IMG/VR virus record: IMGVR_UViG_3300008113_000108
Coordinates: 1 to 64,000 of that record
DNA length: 64,000 nt
Source of the DNA: a virus
Strand: one strand, 5' to 3'
In this document: positions 1-7,002 of the stretch, in pieces
Position numbering within the stretch: the stretch's first letter is position 1
How the letters are laid out: each line of letters begins with the position of its first letter
Notes under the pieces: model-generated
What the model saw: the letters and a program-made list of their open reading frames with translations, nothing else
Databases searched by the model: none
Told to the model about the DNA's origin: nothing
Translations under genes and position numbers: made by a program

Positions 1-111
1 CTTGAGGCTGAGATCTATGATTGGCAGGATGATATGATGATTCCTGCTGATGATGATACTGAAGCCCAGCAACATTTTGTTGCTTTTCTGAACTCAAACT
101 ACGATTATTAA
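1..111 (+). CDS. 3' end of small acidic early hypothetical protein (partial)
   Basis: Open frame from window edge, LEAEIYDWQDD...NSNYDY, ending TAA at 109-111. Confidence 0.55.
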   Translation, partial: LEAEIYDWQDDMMIPADDDTEAQQHFVAFLNSNYDY

Positions 112-116
112 TTATT

Positions 117-245
117 ATGTCTAAAGCACTGCTAATTTCAATGCTTCGCAAAGGTCAAACTGGCGAGGAGATTCTCTCCATCCTTGATATGTTGGCTGCA
201 GATGATGATACTGCAGAACCAACTCTAGAGGAAGTCCAGTTCTAA
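117..245 (+). CDS. 42-aa early hypothetical protein
   Basis: Manual translation MSKALLISMLRKGQTGEEILSILDMLAADDDTAEPTLEEVQF; below ORF-track cutoff, tightly packed after previous stop. Confidence 0.7.
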   Translation: MSKALLISMLRKGQTGEEILSILDMLAADDDTAEPTLEEVQF

Positions 246-261
246 AAGTGTCCCAAGGGGG

Positions 262-290
262 TTGACAATCCAGCCCCCAACCTGTAATCT
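262..290 (+). promoter_or_regulatory. sigma70-type early promoter
   Basis: TTGACA(262-267)-17 bp-TAATCT(285-290) upstream of ORF 318. Confidence 0.8.
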
Positions 291-317
291 AATTGTTGTT
301 CACTCACTGAAACCATC

Positions 318-578
318 ATGGCAACCATTTCCCCCGTTCATCGCCAATTCTCTGTAGATCAGTCCAGTGCTATTCACAGTGTAACTGTAGAAGGTACTGA
401 TGTTGTTATCACTTATCAGTCCAATCCTGATAAAGCTTATGCATTCACTGCAACAGAAACCTATGCAGAGTTTCTGAGCGATCTGCTGACCAACGATGAA
501 CAGCTGATGAAAGTTAGCCTAGGTGCTACAATTGCAGATGGCCGCCGATCTGAAGAACTCAGCCAGGCTGCTATCTGA
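318..578 (+). CDS. Early hypothetical protein, weakly KTSC-like
   Basis: SSAIHSV...VVITYQSNPDKAYAF resembles the KTSC pattern; has its own promoter and terminator. Confidence 0.6.
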   Translation: MATISPVHRQFSVDQSSAIHSVTVEGTDVVITYQSNPDKAYAFTATETYAEFLSDLLTNDEQLMKVSLGATIADGRRSEELSQAAI

Positions 579-586
579 TACAATTT

Positions 587-614
587 AGGGGGGTGAGATT
601 CCCCCCTTTCCTTT
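587..614 (+). terminator. Intrinsic terminator
   Basis: AGGGGGG-tgagatt-CCCCCCT stem followed by pyrimidine/T run. Confidence 0.7.
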
Positions 615-617
615 CAT

Positions 618-669
618 CATTACATTCTGTGACAGCTGAACTGTTCATCCTGATTGTTGGCTTTACACT
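618..669 (+). promoter_or_regulatory. Putative activator-dependent early promoter 1 (direct repeat plus -10)
   Basis: CATTAC-attc-TGTGAC (618-633); TACACT at 664-669; no consensus -35. Confidence 0.45.
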
Positions 670-699
670 GTGGAAGTCCTTTGAACGTAGGTTCCTCTA

Positions 700-891
700 A
701 TGGAAACAATTGTTGCAGTCAAGCCTATCTCAAAGAAGGCCAAAAACAGGTTCGCTAATCTAATGGATTCCTGCGAGCATTGCATCATTGAACAACACAA
801 AGGAGACAAAGTGTTCCTGCAAAGTGTTAACGGCAGGAATTTCTTCTGGGTCAATGTACATCATGATCAGGATTGGGAGCTGGAGATGTAA
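700..891 (+). CDS. Early hypothetical protein (63 aa)
   Basis: ORF track; codirectional with neighbours. Confidence 0.75.
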   Translation: METIVAVKPISKKAKNRFANLMDSCEHCIIEQHKGDKVFLQSVNGRNFFWVNVHHDQDWELEM

Positions 892-892
892 T

Positions 893-944
893 TATTACGA
901 ATTGTAACAAAGGGGGCCAGGTGGCTCCCACCATGCTGTAGGAT
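893..944 (+). promoter_or_regulatory. Putative activator-dependent early promoter 2
   Basis: TATTAC-gaat-TGTAAC (893-908); TAGGAT at 939-944; leader TAGGATTCTCTCAGTTCA shared with promoter 4. Confidence 0.6.
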
Positions 945-966
945 TCTCTCAGTTCACACCCAAGCC

Positions 967-1635
967 ATGAACTTCGCCCTCACCGCCATCAGCAGCAACG
1001 CTAAGACGGGTCCGATCCCCACCAGCACCAGCAGCCGTGAGACTTGCCCCAGCAGCTGCCCTTTCTACGATAAAGGTTGCTATGCAAAGTCTGGCCCACA
1101 GAACATTCACTGGAAAAAGGTTACTGAAGGTGAGCGTGGCGTGAGCTTTCAAGAGTTCACAAGTGCAATCCGCAAGTTACAGCGTGGCCAGATCTGGCGC
1201 CACAACGTTAGTGGTGATCTGCCACACATTCTCGGGGACATTAATGCTCCCATGGTGGAAGCCCTCGCTGATGCAAACAAAGGACGCAAAGGGTACACTT
1301 ACACTCACCACGTTCTGAATGATCACAACCTAAAAGTGATCAAGGAAGCTAACAGCAAAGGCTTCACAATTAATGCATCCACAGAGGATGTAGAGGTGGC
1401 TGATGCTGTTATGTCAGAGCATGGAATCCCTGCTGTTGCTGTTGTAAAGTCCGACAAAACAGATCGGTTCTACACTACAGAATCGGGTCGCAAAGTGATC
1501 ACCTGCCCTGCAACAATCCACGAGAATGTAACTTGTGCAACCTGTAAGCTTTGTGCAAAGTCTGACCGAGACTTTATCATTGCATTCCCTGCTCACGGCA
1601 ATGCAAAGAAAACAGTCAATGAAATTGTCGCCTAA
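967..1635 (+). CDS. Cys-rich GP88-like phage protein (possible Fe-S or metal binding)
   Basis: SNAKTG, TCPSSCPFYDKGCYA, RHNVSGD, YTYTH, CPA..CATCKLC, AFPAHG motifs. Confidence 0.6.
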   Translation: MNFALTAISSNAKTGPIPTSTSSRETCPSSCPFYDKGCYAKSGPQNIHWKKVTEGERGVSFQEFTSAIRKLQRGQIWRHNVSGDLPHILGDINAPMVEALADANKGRKGYTYTHHVLNDHNLKVIKEANSKGFTINASTEDVEVADAVMSEHGIPAVAVVKSDKTDRFYTTESGRKVITCPATIHENVTCATCKLCAKSDRDFIIAFPAHGNAKKTVNEIVA

Positions 1636-1643
1636 AATATAAT

Positions 1644-1705
1644 TATTTCATTTTGTTACAGGATCGGCTCTGAGCCATAGCCAGGCTCCCCCGATCCCCT
1701 ATAAT
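1644..1705 (+). promoter_or_regulatory. Putative activator-dependent early promoter 3
   Basis: TATTTC-attt-TGTTAC (1644-1659); TATAAT at 1700-1705; no consensus -35. Confidence 0.55.
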
Positions 1706-1748
1706 ATGAACACGGGGGCGAGAGAAGCCCCCACAACCCCCTGAGACC

Positions 1749-2060
1749 ATGACCCGCTCTGACCGTCTGACCCGCACCAGCGTTCCCACCATCATCGCTG
1801 TTGCCCTTGCCAAGCGCACCATCAAGGAACCCACCATCGTGGGCCGCCACCGTGCCCAATGGCTGTTCGATCTGGCCACCAGTGAGGTTGCCCTTCCCTC
1901 TGAGCGCAAGCTGGGCCGCCAAGCCCTGCAGGCTGCCGCTGATGCTGCTGGCCGCTCTGTGATCACCGTGAATGGCCAAACCATCGGGGACCGTGTTTAC
2001 AGCAAGGCTAGCAACCGCAGGCTTCGCAATTGGAGCCAGGATCGCAACACCCCTGTGTGA
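1749..2060 (+). CDS. Basic early hypothetical protein (103 aa)
   Basis: ORF track; GC-rich host-like codons; downstream of TATAAT promoter. Confidence 0.75.
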   Translation: MTRSDRLTRTSVPTIIAVALAKRTIKEPTIVGRHRAQWLFDLATSEVALPSERKLGRQALQAAADAAGRSVITVNGQTIGDRVYSKASNRRLRNWSQDRNTPV

Positions 2061-2108
2061 ACAGATGTAACGGGGCTGGCCAAGGCTGGCCCCCAACCAT
2101 GCTAGGAT
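2056..2108 (+). promoter_or_regulatory. Putative activator-dependent early promoter 4
   Basis: TGTGAA-caga-TGTAAC (2056-2071); extended -10 TGcTAGGAT (2100-2108). Confidence 0.6.
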
Positions 2109-2133
2109 TCTCTCAGTTCAAAGGAACCCACCG

Positions 2134-2301
2134 ATGGCCACCAAGACTCTGACCCTGACCAACGCCGAGATCCGTATCATCCGTCGCCTGATTATGTCTG
2201 GCCTGATCACCGCTGACCGTCGCAGTCAGCCCTGGCAGCTGTTTGAATCCCGCCAAGATGTGGAAGCCCTGTTGGGCAAGCTTCTGGAGATGAACGTCTG
2301 A
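2134..2301 (+). CDS. 55-aa early hypothetical protein
   Basis: Manual translation MATKTLTLTNAEIRIIRRLIMSGLITADRRSQPWQLFESRQDVEALLGKLLEMNV; AAGGA SD; followed by GGGGGAG/CTCCCCC hairpin. Confidence 0.75.
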   Translation: MATKTLTLTNAEIRIIRRLIMSGLITADRRSQPWQLFESRQDVEALLGKLLEMNV

Positions 2302-2332
2302 TCAGCAAAGGGGGAGCCAGTCTCCCCCACCC

Positions 2333-2396
2333 ATCAGCAGTTCTGATGCATCAGCAGTCCTGATCAGTCAGCCAGGGCAGTATAAGCGCCCCTTAT
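2333..2396. promoter_or_regulatory. Cluster of three palindromic LysR-type boxes
   Basis: ATCAG-N5-CTGAT at 2333-2347 and 2350-2364; ATAAG-N5-CTTAT at 2382-2396. Confidence 0.55.
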
Positions 2397-2510
2397 GGGT
2401 CGCCCCCCGCCGCCCCGTGATTAAAAGTTTGGGTCCCTCCTAAGCTATAACGTACCCACAAAGACCGAGAGATACTCAACCAACTCAAAAAATTTTCCGA
2501 GCCACCCCCG

Positions 2511-2550
2511 AGTCCCTCCAAGGTCCGCCAAGGTCCTCCCAAGTTTCCCC
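2511..2550 (+). repeat. Four degenerate 10-bp tandem repeats
   Basis: agtccctcca/aggtccgcca/aggtcctccc/aagtttcccc. Confidence 0.5.
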
Positions 2551-2551
2551 C

Positions 2552-2677
2552 ATGAACCCCCTCCCAACTCACACAAGTCTCCGAGAGCAATTTTCATACA
2601 TTGCCCTCTGCATCACAGAGACACTCAAACTAATCTCAGAAAAATTTTTCTACAAAAAAATTTCTGAAAAATGTTGA
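2552..2677 (+). CDS. 41-aa hypothetical protein
   Basis: Manual translation MNPLPTHTSLREQFSYIALCITETLKLISEKFFYKKISEKC. Confidence 0.45.
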   Translation: MNPLPTHTSLREQFSYIALCITETLKLISEKFFYKKISEKC

Positions 2678-2708
2678 TATATACTGTAGTTTTAGAGAAA
2701 AAATAAAA

Positions 2709-2891
2709 ATGTCTACATTTTCTTCGTTTACCACAGAAGTTCAGTATGATGATAGATCTGGTGAATATTTCATTACATTCCCCGATGAGATTCTCGATGA
2801 AATGCAATGGCAGGAGGGAGACACTTTAGAGTTTGAGTACTTTGATCATCATGATACTCCTGGGATTCGTATACATAAAGTAGGAGAATAG
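2709..2891 (+). CDS. AbrB/MazE/SpoVT-like DNA-binding protein
   Basis: GEYFITFPDEILDEMQWQEGDTLEF matches the swapped-hairpin pattern. Confidence 0.7.
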   Translation: MSTFSSFTTEVQYDDRSGEYFITFPDEILDEMQWQEGDTLEFEYFDHHDTPGIRIHKVGE

Positions 2892-2915
2892 CGTCTTATA
2901 CGATCTTATTGAAAT

Positions 2916-5834
2916 ATGTCTAATTGTAGTCCAAAGAAAGAAAGGAAAGAAGCTACAGCAACGTTTACTTATACTCCCCCAGCAACTGAGGGTAATCCAT
3001 TTCCTCAGCCTGTTACATTATCCTTTACTTACATTGATAAGTTTTGGCATGAGATTCGACCACCTAGCAATACTAGGAAGACTATACAGAATGGTCAGAA
3101 GAAGCCAAAGCTTAGAACAAGCTACATCGCCGTTCCTAGTGGTGAGACTGCAGACGGTGAAGTAACTTTTACCAACCAGGAGTACACTCAACAGGAATAT
3201 GAGTATGATCCTGCTACAGGTATTTCTAAGCCTGTCTATGAGCGTCAGTGCATAGCAGAGATTTCTTATGATGAAAAGTACTTTTACCATATCATTGAGT
3301 GGCCCACCAGTCACACTATGGAAACCAGAGCAGTTGGTGGCTTTACTAAAACATCTACGACAAGTACAAGCTCTGGACAAGGTGGTGCAGCAACTACTAC
3401 TACTGTAGATACCTATGCTGTAGAGTCTTCTAACGTATCTGCTAACTTTAGTCTTGCTAAAGTAGACAGTGAAGTAACTGGACTACCTGATGGTAGCGTT
3501 GCTTATCATGGTGGTACTGATGATAACAAAATCTTCTTTACATACAACAGCAACTCTGATACTGTCATTGCAGTTGGTGATGTTGTAAATGGTTGGACCG
3601 TAAATAAAGTTGTAAACTATAGTACAGTCTATACAGGTGGTGATCAGTCATATTACATCACCAAAAAGATTAGAAAGAGAGTTTCTAGAACTTCAAAGAA
3701 GAATGAGAGTCCATCATTCATTTACATTAACAATAACTCTGCCAATAACAGTGTTGGAGTTGTTTCTGTAGGTGATGTTGTAAATGGTAAAGGCATCAGT
3801 AAAGGAACTACAGTTACAGCAATTGATGGTAATAAAATTACTTTATCAAAGCCATTAACTTCTAGAAAAGTCAGAGAAGCTCTATTTAAAAAGACTACAG
3901 TAGCAAATAAGGTAAATGAAACAACAGTTTGCTATGCAGAGATCTCTGGTGGAAGTTCTAACTTTACTGCAGATCAAACTTATACCGCAACTGGTTCTGG
4001 AGCATCCATTAAAGTTATTTCTGGTAAGGGAATTATTAACCGCTCTGCTGTGGTTGGTTGTTACATAAGCAAAGACAAAAAAGAGTTTAGATATACTCCG
4101 TTGTTTTATTCTAAGGATAATGATTGTTCTCCAACCATTACATCTGATGAATACTCTGAGTATGTTCTTGGTGATATTATTCTCAGTGATGGTTCTGAGC
4201 TATTAGCTTCTAAACTACTTGTCACCAGACCTAAGACTAACTTAGCATATAATATCAATAACATCTATTGGGCAAATCTGAATAGACCTGTTGATCAAGA
4301 TAGTCTAAAGAAATGGATCTCTAAGTTTAACAATAATATTCTTGAACTAGAGAAGACGATTGTTCAGCACGAAACTGCAGTTATGGGATCTAAAAAGGTT
4401 TCCCGAGCTGTAGACTCTGAGTGTGGTAATAATCTCTATCAGGAATATACTAAAGTCTATTATCCAGATCAAGAAATCAAAGCATTTAATGATGGTATTT
4501 CTACATTCCAACAAGAAGTATCTCAGGATCCTTGTACAGATGTTAAATCTCCTGATGCCTATACTAAAGATGAGATTGCTAATATCATTACTTCTAACAT
4601 TTCTGGTCTGACCTCACTTTCTTCTATTCGTCTACCAGAAGAAATGTTCAAGCAGATTGTATCTAATCCAGATTCATTGCAGAATATGCTTCTCAACGCA
4701 TTAGATACGATTGGTGCATCTGTTCCAACTAAAACTACTATTCCAAACCTTCCACCACAAATTGAAGGTGATAACAAGTCTAGCCAGGTTTTCAGTACTG
4801 AAGAAGTAACAAGAATTCCTCCAAGAATGAAATCTCTTGAGTATCTTGTTGATGATCTATCATTCTTCAGTGATGTAGAACTTACTCCTTCTGCAAGTGG
4901 TAATATCTTTACCTTTACCATTAAGTCTATTCCAAGGTGGACTGGTAATGCAAGCTGCTCTGGACAAACTGGAGCTGATATTAGTCCTGCAGGAACTGGT
5001 CTACGTATTGTTACAAACAAAACAGGTGGGTATGTAGATAGCATCACAGCAAGTGCTGCATCTTTCAATGCAGATTCCAGCATTACAAATCCACTTTTCC
5101 CATTAAATCCAACCACCACAACTAAAACATGGGTTGGCGGTTCTCCTTATCCTTCTACTGTATGGCAAGGTGCAGGTACAAACTACCAGCAAGACTTTGA
5201 AAAAACAGTAGAATTTAGATTTAATGAAGTTACAGAGTATGTAACTGAGTCAATTAGAACAAAAGGTAGTCCATTTGTGGATTCTCCAATCTATGCTCAG
5301 CTATCTACAGCACTTGGAACCACCGATACTACCATTAAAGTGAACTCTACAGATGGATTCTTATCCTCTGGATACTTAATTATTCCAAAATTTATCATAA
5401 AACTAGAGAAAAATCCAGAAACCAAGAATGTAAACACCAATCATTACTATCTTGGCGAAGAAATTATCTATTATCGTCGTAAAACAGCTACAGAATTCCA
5501 GCAATGCACCCGTGCAATGTTTGATAGTACGTCCACTTTTGAGATGTCAGTCAATTCTGGCAAGATTGAGAAGGGCGTAACCTATATAATTAAGACTTTG
5601 GGATCTGTGAATTGGCAAAGTTATGGTGCTCCAGATGGAGCAAAGGTAGGAACTATCTTTACTGCTGAGATAGATGGTCCTCAAACCACTGAATCTGGAG
5701 AAGTTACACTCTTTGAAAGCACTCTTATACCATTTGAAAGTGCTCCAGATGTCAATCAGGTGGCTCATAGCTATGAAAAACGTAGTTATTTGACCCAATA
5801 TTGGCCAGTCCGAGTTCAAAACAAATCCGTATGA
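2916..5834 (+). CDS. Large putative virion/baseplate structural protein
   Basis: 972 aa, S/T-rich beta character; STDGFLSSGYL..GEEIIYY..F..CTR module also seen in gp7; ATGA-coupled to the PAAR gene. Confidence 0.7.
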   Translation: MSNCSPKKERKEATATFTYTPPATEGNPFPQPVTLSFTYIDKFWHEIRPPSNTRKTIQNGQKKPKLRTSYIAVPSGETADGEVTFTNQEYTQQEYEYDPATGISKPVYERQCIAEISYDEKYFYHIIEWPTSHTMETRAVGGFTKTSTTSTSSGQGGAATTTTVDTYAVESSNVSANFSLAKVDSEVTGLPDGSVAYHGGTDDNKIFFTYNSNSDTVIAVGDVVNGWTVNKVVNYSTVYTGGDQSYYITKKIRKRVSRTSKKNESPSFIYINNNSANNSVGVVSVGDVVNGKGISKGTTVTAIDGNKITLSKPLTSRKVREALFKKTTVANKVNETTVCYAEISGGSSNFTADQTYTATGSGASIKVISGKGIINRSAVVGCYISKDKKEFRYTPLFYSKDNDCSPTITSDEYSEYVLGDIILSDGSELLASKLLVTRPKTNLAYNINNIYWANLNRPVDQDSLKKWISKFNNNILELEKTIVQHETAVMGSKKVSRAVDSECGNNLYQEYTKVYYPDQEIKAFNDGISTFQQEVSQDPCTDVKSPDAYTKDEIANIITSNISGLTSLSSIRLPEEMFKQIVSNPDSLQNMLLNALDTIGASVPTKTTIPNLPPQIEGDNKSSQVFSTEEVTRIPPRMKSLEYLVDDLSFFSDVELTPSASGNIFTFTIKSIPRWTGNASCSGQTGADISPAGTGLRIVTNKTGGYVDSITASAASFNADSSITNPLFPLNPTTTTKTWVGGSPYPSTVWQGAGTNYQQDFEKTVEFRFNEVTEYVTESIRTKGSPFVDSPIYAQLSTALGTTDTTIKVNSTDGFLSSGYLIIPKFIIKLEKNPETKNVNTNHYYLGEEIIYYRRKTATEFQQCTRAMFDSTSTFEMSVNSGKIEKGVTYIIKTLGSVNWQSYGAPDGAKVGTIFTAEIDGPQTTESGEVTLFESTLIPFESAPDVNQVAHSYEKRSYLTQYWPVRVQNKSV

Positions 5835-6154
5835 CCAGACCAGTAGCCCTTTTGGGCAATCCAGACTCAATTTCTTTTAGACCTTGCTGTGTTTACCCAC
5901 CAAATACAGTAACACCTATTGTATCAACAGTAATTGCAAATGGTCGTCCAAGGGCTAAAGTGGGCGATGTACTGACTCCTGCACCTGGATTTCCAGTTTG
6001 TAAGGACACTTTCTGCCCTCCCTTGGAAAGAACCATCATTGGAGTAAGTAAAGTCATCGTAAATGGGCTTCCATCAGCCCACGTAGGGGACTTGACAAAT
6101 CCAGCTTCTCCACGTACAATACTACCTGCCCCCACAAACCTATTCGTGAACTGA
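5831..6154 (+). CDS. PAAR-domain spike tip protein (gp5.4-like)
   Basis: RPVALLG, VIANGRPRAKVGD, VIVNGLPSAHVGD PAAR-like repeats with Cys/His; ATG 5831 overlaps upstream stop. Confidence 0.85.
   Translation: MTRPVALLGNPDSISFRPCCVYPPNTVTPIVSTVIANGRPRAKVGDVLTPAPGFPVCKDTFCPPLERTIIGVSKVIVNGLPSAHVGDLTNPASPRTILPAPTNLFVN
6092..6120 (+). promoter_or_regulatory. sigma70-type promoter inside the PAAR gene
   Basis: TTGACA-17 bp-TACAAT. Confidence 0.75.
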
Positions 6155-6155
6155 T

Positions 6156-6299
6156 ATGGCAAAAGCACCTAGTTTCAACAAGTCTGGTTACACCCCAGGA
6201 AAGCCCAAAATGACCCGTCAAGGTCGTTCAAAGAACACCCGACTCTCTGCTTCTAGTCGCAATGGTCGGAAAAAAGCTTATCGAGGTCAAGGACATTGA
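6156..6299 (+). CDS. 47-aa highly basic protein
   Basis: Manual translation MAKAPSFNKSGYTPGKPKMTRQGRSKNTRLSASSRNGRKKAYRGQGH; own promoter and terminator. Confidence 0.8.
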   Translation: MAKAPSFNKSGYTPGKPKMTRQGRSKNTRLSASSRNGRKKAYRGQGH

Positions 6300-6304
6300 T
6301 ATTC

Positions 6305-6328
6305 GGGGGTCTAATGACCCCCTTTTTT
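6305..6328 (+). terminator. Intrinsic terminator
   Basis: GGGGGTC-taat-GACCCCC-TTTTTT. Confidence 0.9.
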
Positions 6329-6333
6329 ATGGA

Positions 6334-6339
6334 TAAATA
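6334..6339 (+). promoter_or_regulatory. T4-type late promoter
   Basis: TAAATA immediately after the terminator. Confidence 0.7.
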
Positions 6340-6400
6340 CTACCGAAGGGATAGCAACCCCTTTAAAAGTTCTGTTCGACCCATTTTTTGGAGAAAACAG

Positions 6401-6556
6401 ATGGCAATTCACCCAAATCCCGATAGGGATATTTCATACATGAAACAAATGTGGGGAACTACAAGATTAATCACTGATTATGTTCCTCAGAGACCTAAAA
6501 CTAAAAAAGCTTATCGAGTTGATTATTGCGAATACTTTGAAGATACATCTAAATAG
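6401..6556 (+). CDS. 51-aa hypothetical protein upstream of gp25
   Basis: GGAG SD then ATG 6401, MAIHPNPDRDISYMKQMWGTTRLITDY...; ORF-track start at 6296 is probably too long. Confidence 0.7.
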   Translation: MAIHPNPDRDISYMKQMWGTTRLITDYVPQRPKTKKAYRVDYCEYFEDTSK

Positions 6557-6582
6557 TTTATAAATCTCGTTTATCTGCGTCA

Positions 6583-6999
6583 ATGTCCCTTGTTTCAGAC
6601 GAATTAGGAAAAATATCCAGGTCATTTAAGGACATTAGCTTGAATTTTGGGCTGAATCCAGTTACAAAGGACGTTGTTGTACTTAAAAATGAGGAGGCGA
6701 TCAAACAGTCTGTAAAAAATTTAGTATTAACTAAGCTTGGAGAGAGACTTTTTAACCCTCTAGTTGGAACTAACACCACTGGATACCTTTTTGAACTCAC
6801 TACAACATTTTCTGCTAACTCTCTAATCGAAGAAATTGAGAATGTCTTGCAAAGTTATGAGCCAAGAATAACTTTGAGCAATATTACTGTAAATGTTGAA
6901 GATGATTCCAATGAATTTGATGTAACAATAGAATATTTAATAGTTGGGTTGCCTCCAATATTACAAACAGTAGACTTTATCCTCGTAAGAGAAAGCTAA
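6583..6999 (+). CDS. gp25: Baseplate wedge subunit gp25
   Basis: FKDISL, AIKQSVKNLVLT..GERLFNP, YEPRI motifs; TAAATA at 6550-6555. Confidence 0.93.
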   Translation: MSLVSDELGKISRSFKDISLNFGLNPVTKDVVVLKNEEAIKQSVKNLVLTKLGERLFNPLVGTNTTGYLFELTTTFSANSLIEEIENVLQSYEPRITLSNITVNVEDDSNEFDVTIEYLIVGLPPILQTVDFILVRES

Positions 7000-7002
7000 T
7001 AA

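Noticed and set aside
2333-2550. Short repeats considered as a mini-CRISPR array
   Set aside because: Repeats are 10-15 bp without 30-40 bp unique spacers; no cas genes in the window
6270-6518. 16-bp direct repeat AAAAAAGCTTATCGAG in two neighbouring small ORFs
   Set aside because: Encodes KKAYR in both, low complexity, no mobile-element features; could be chance
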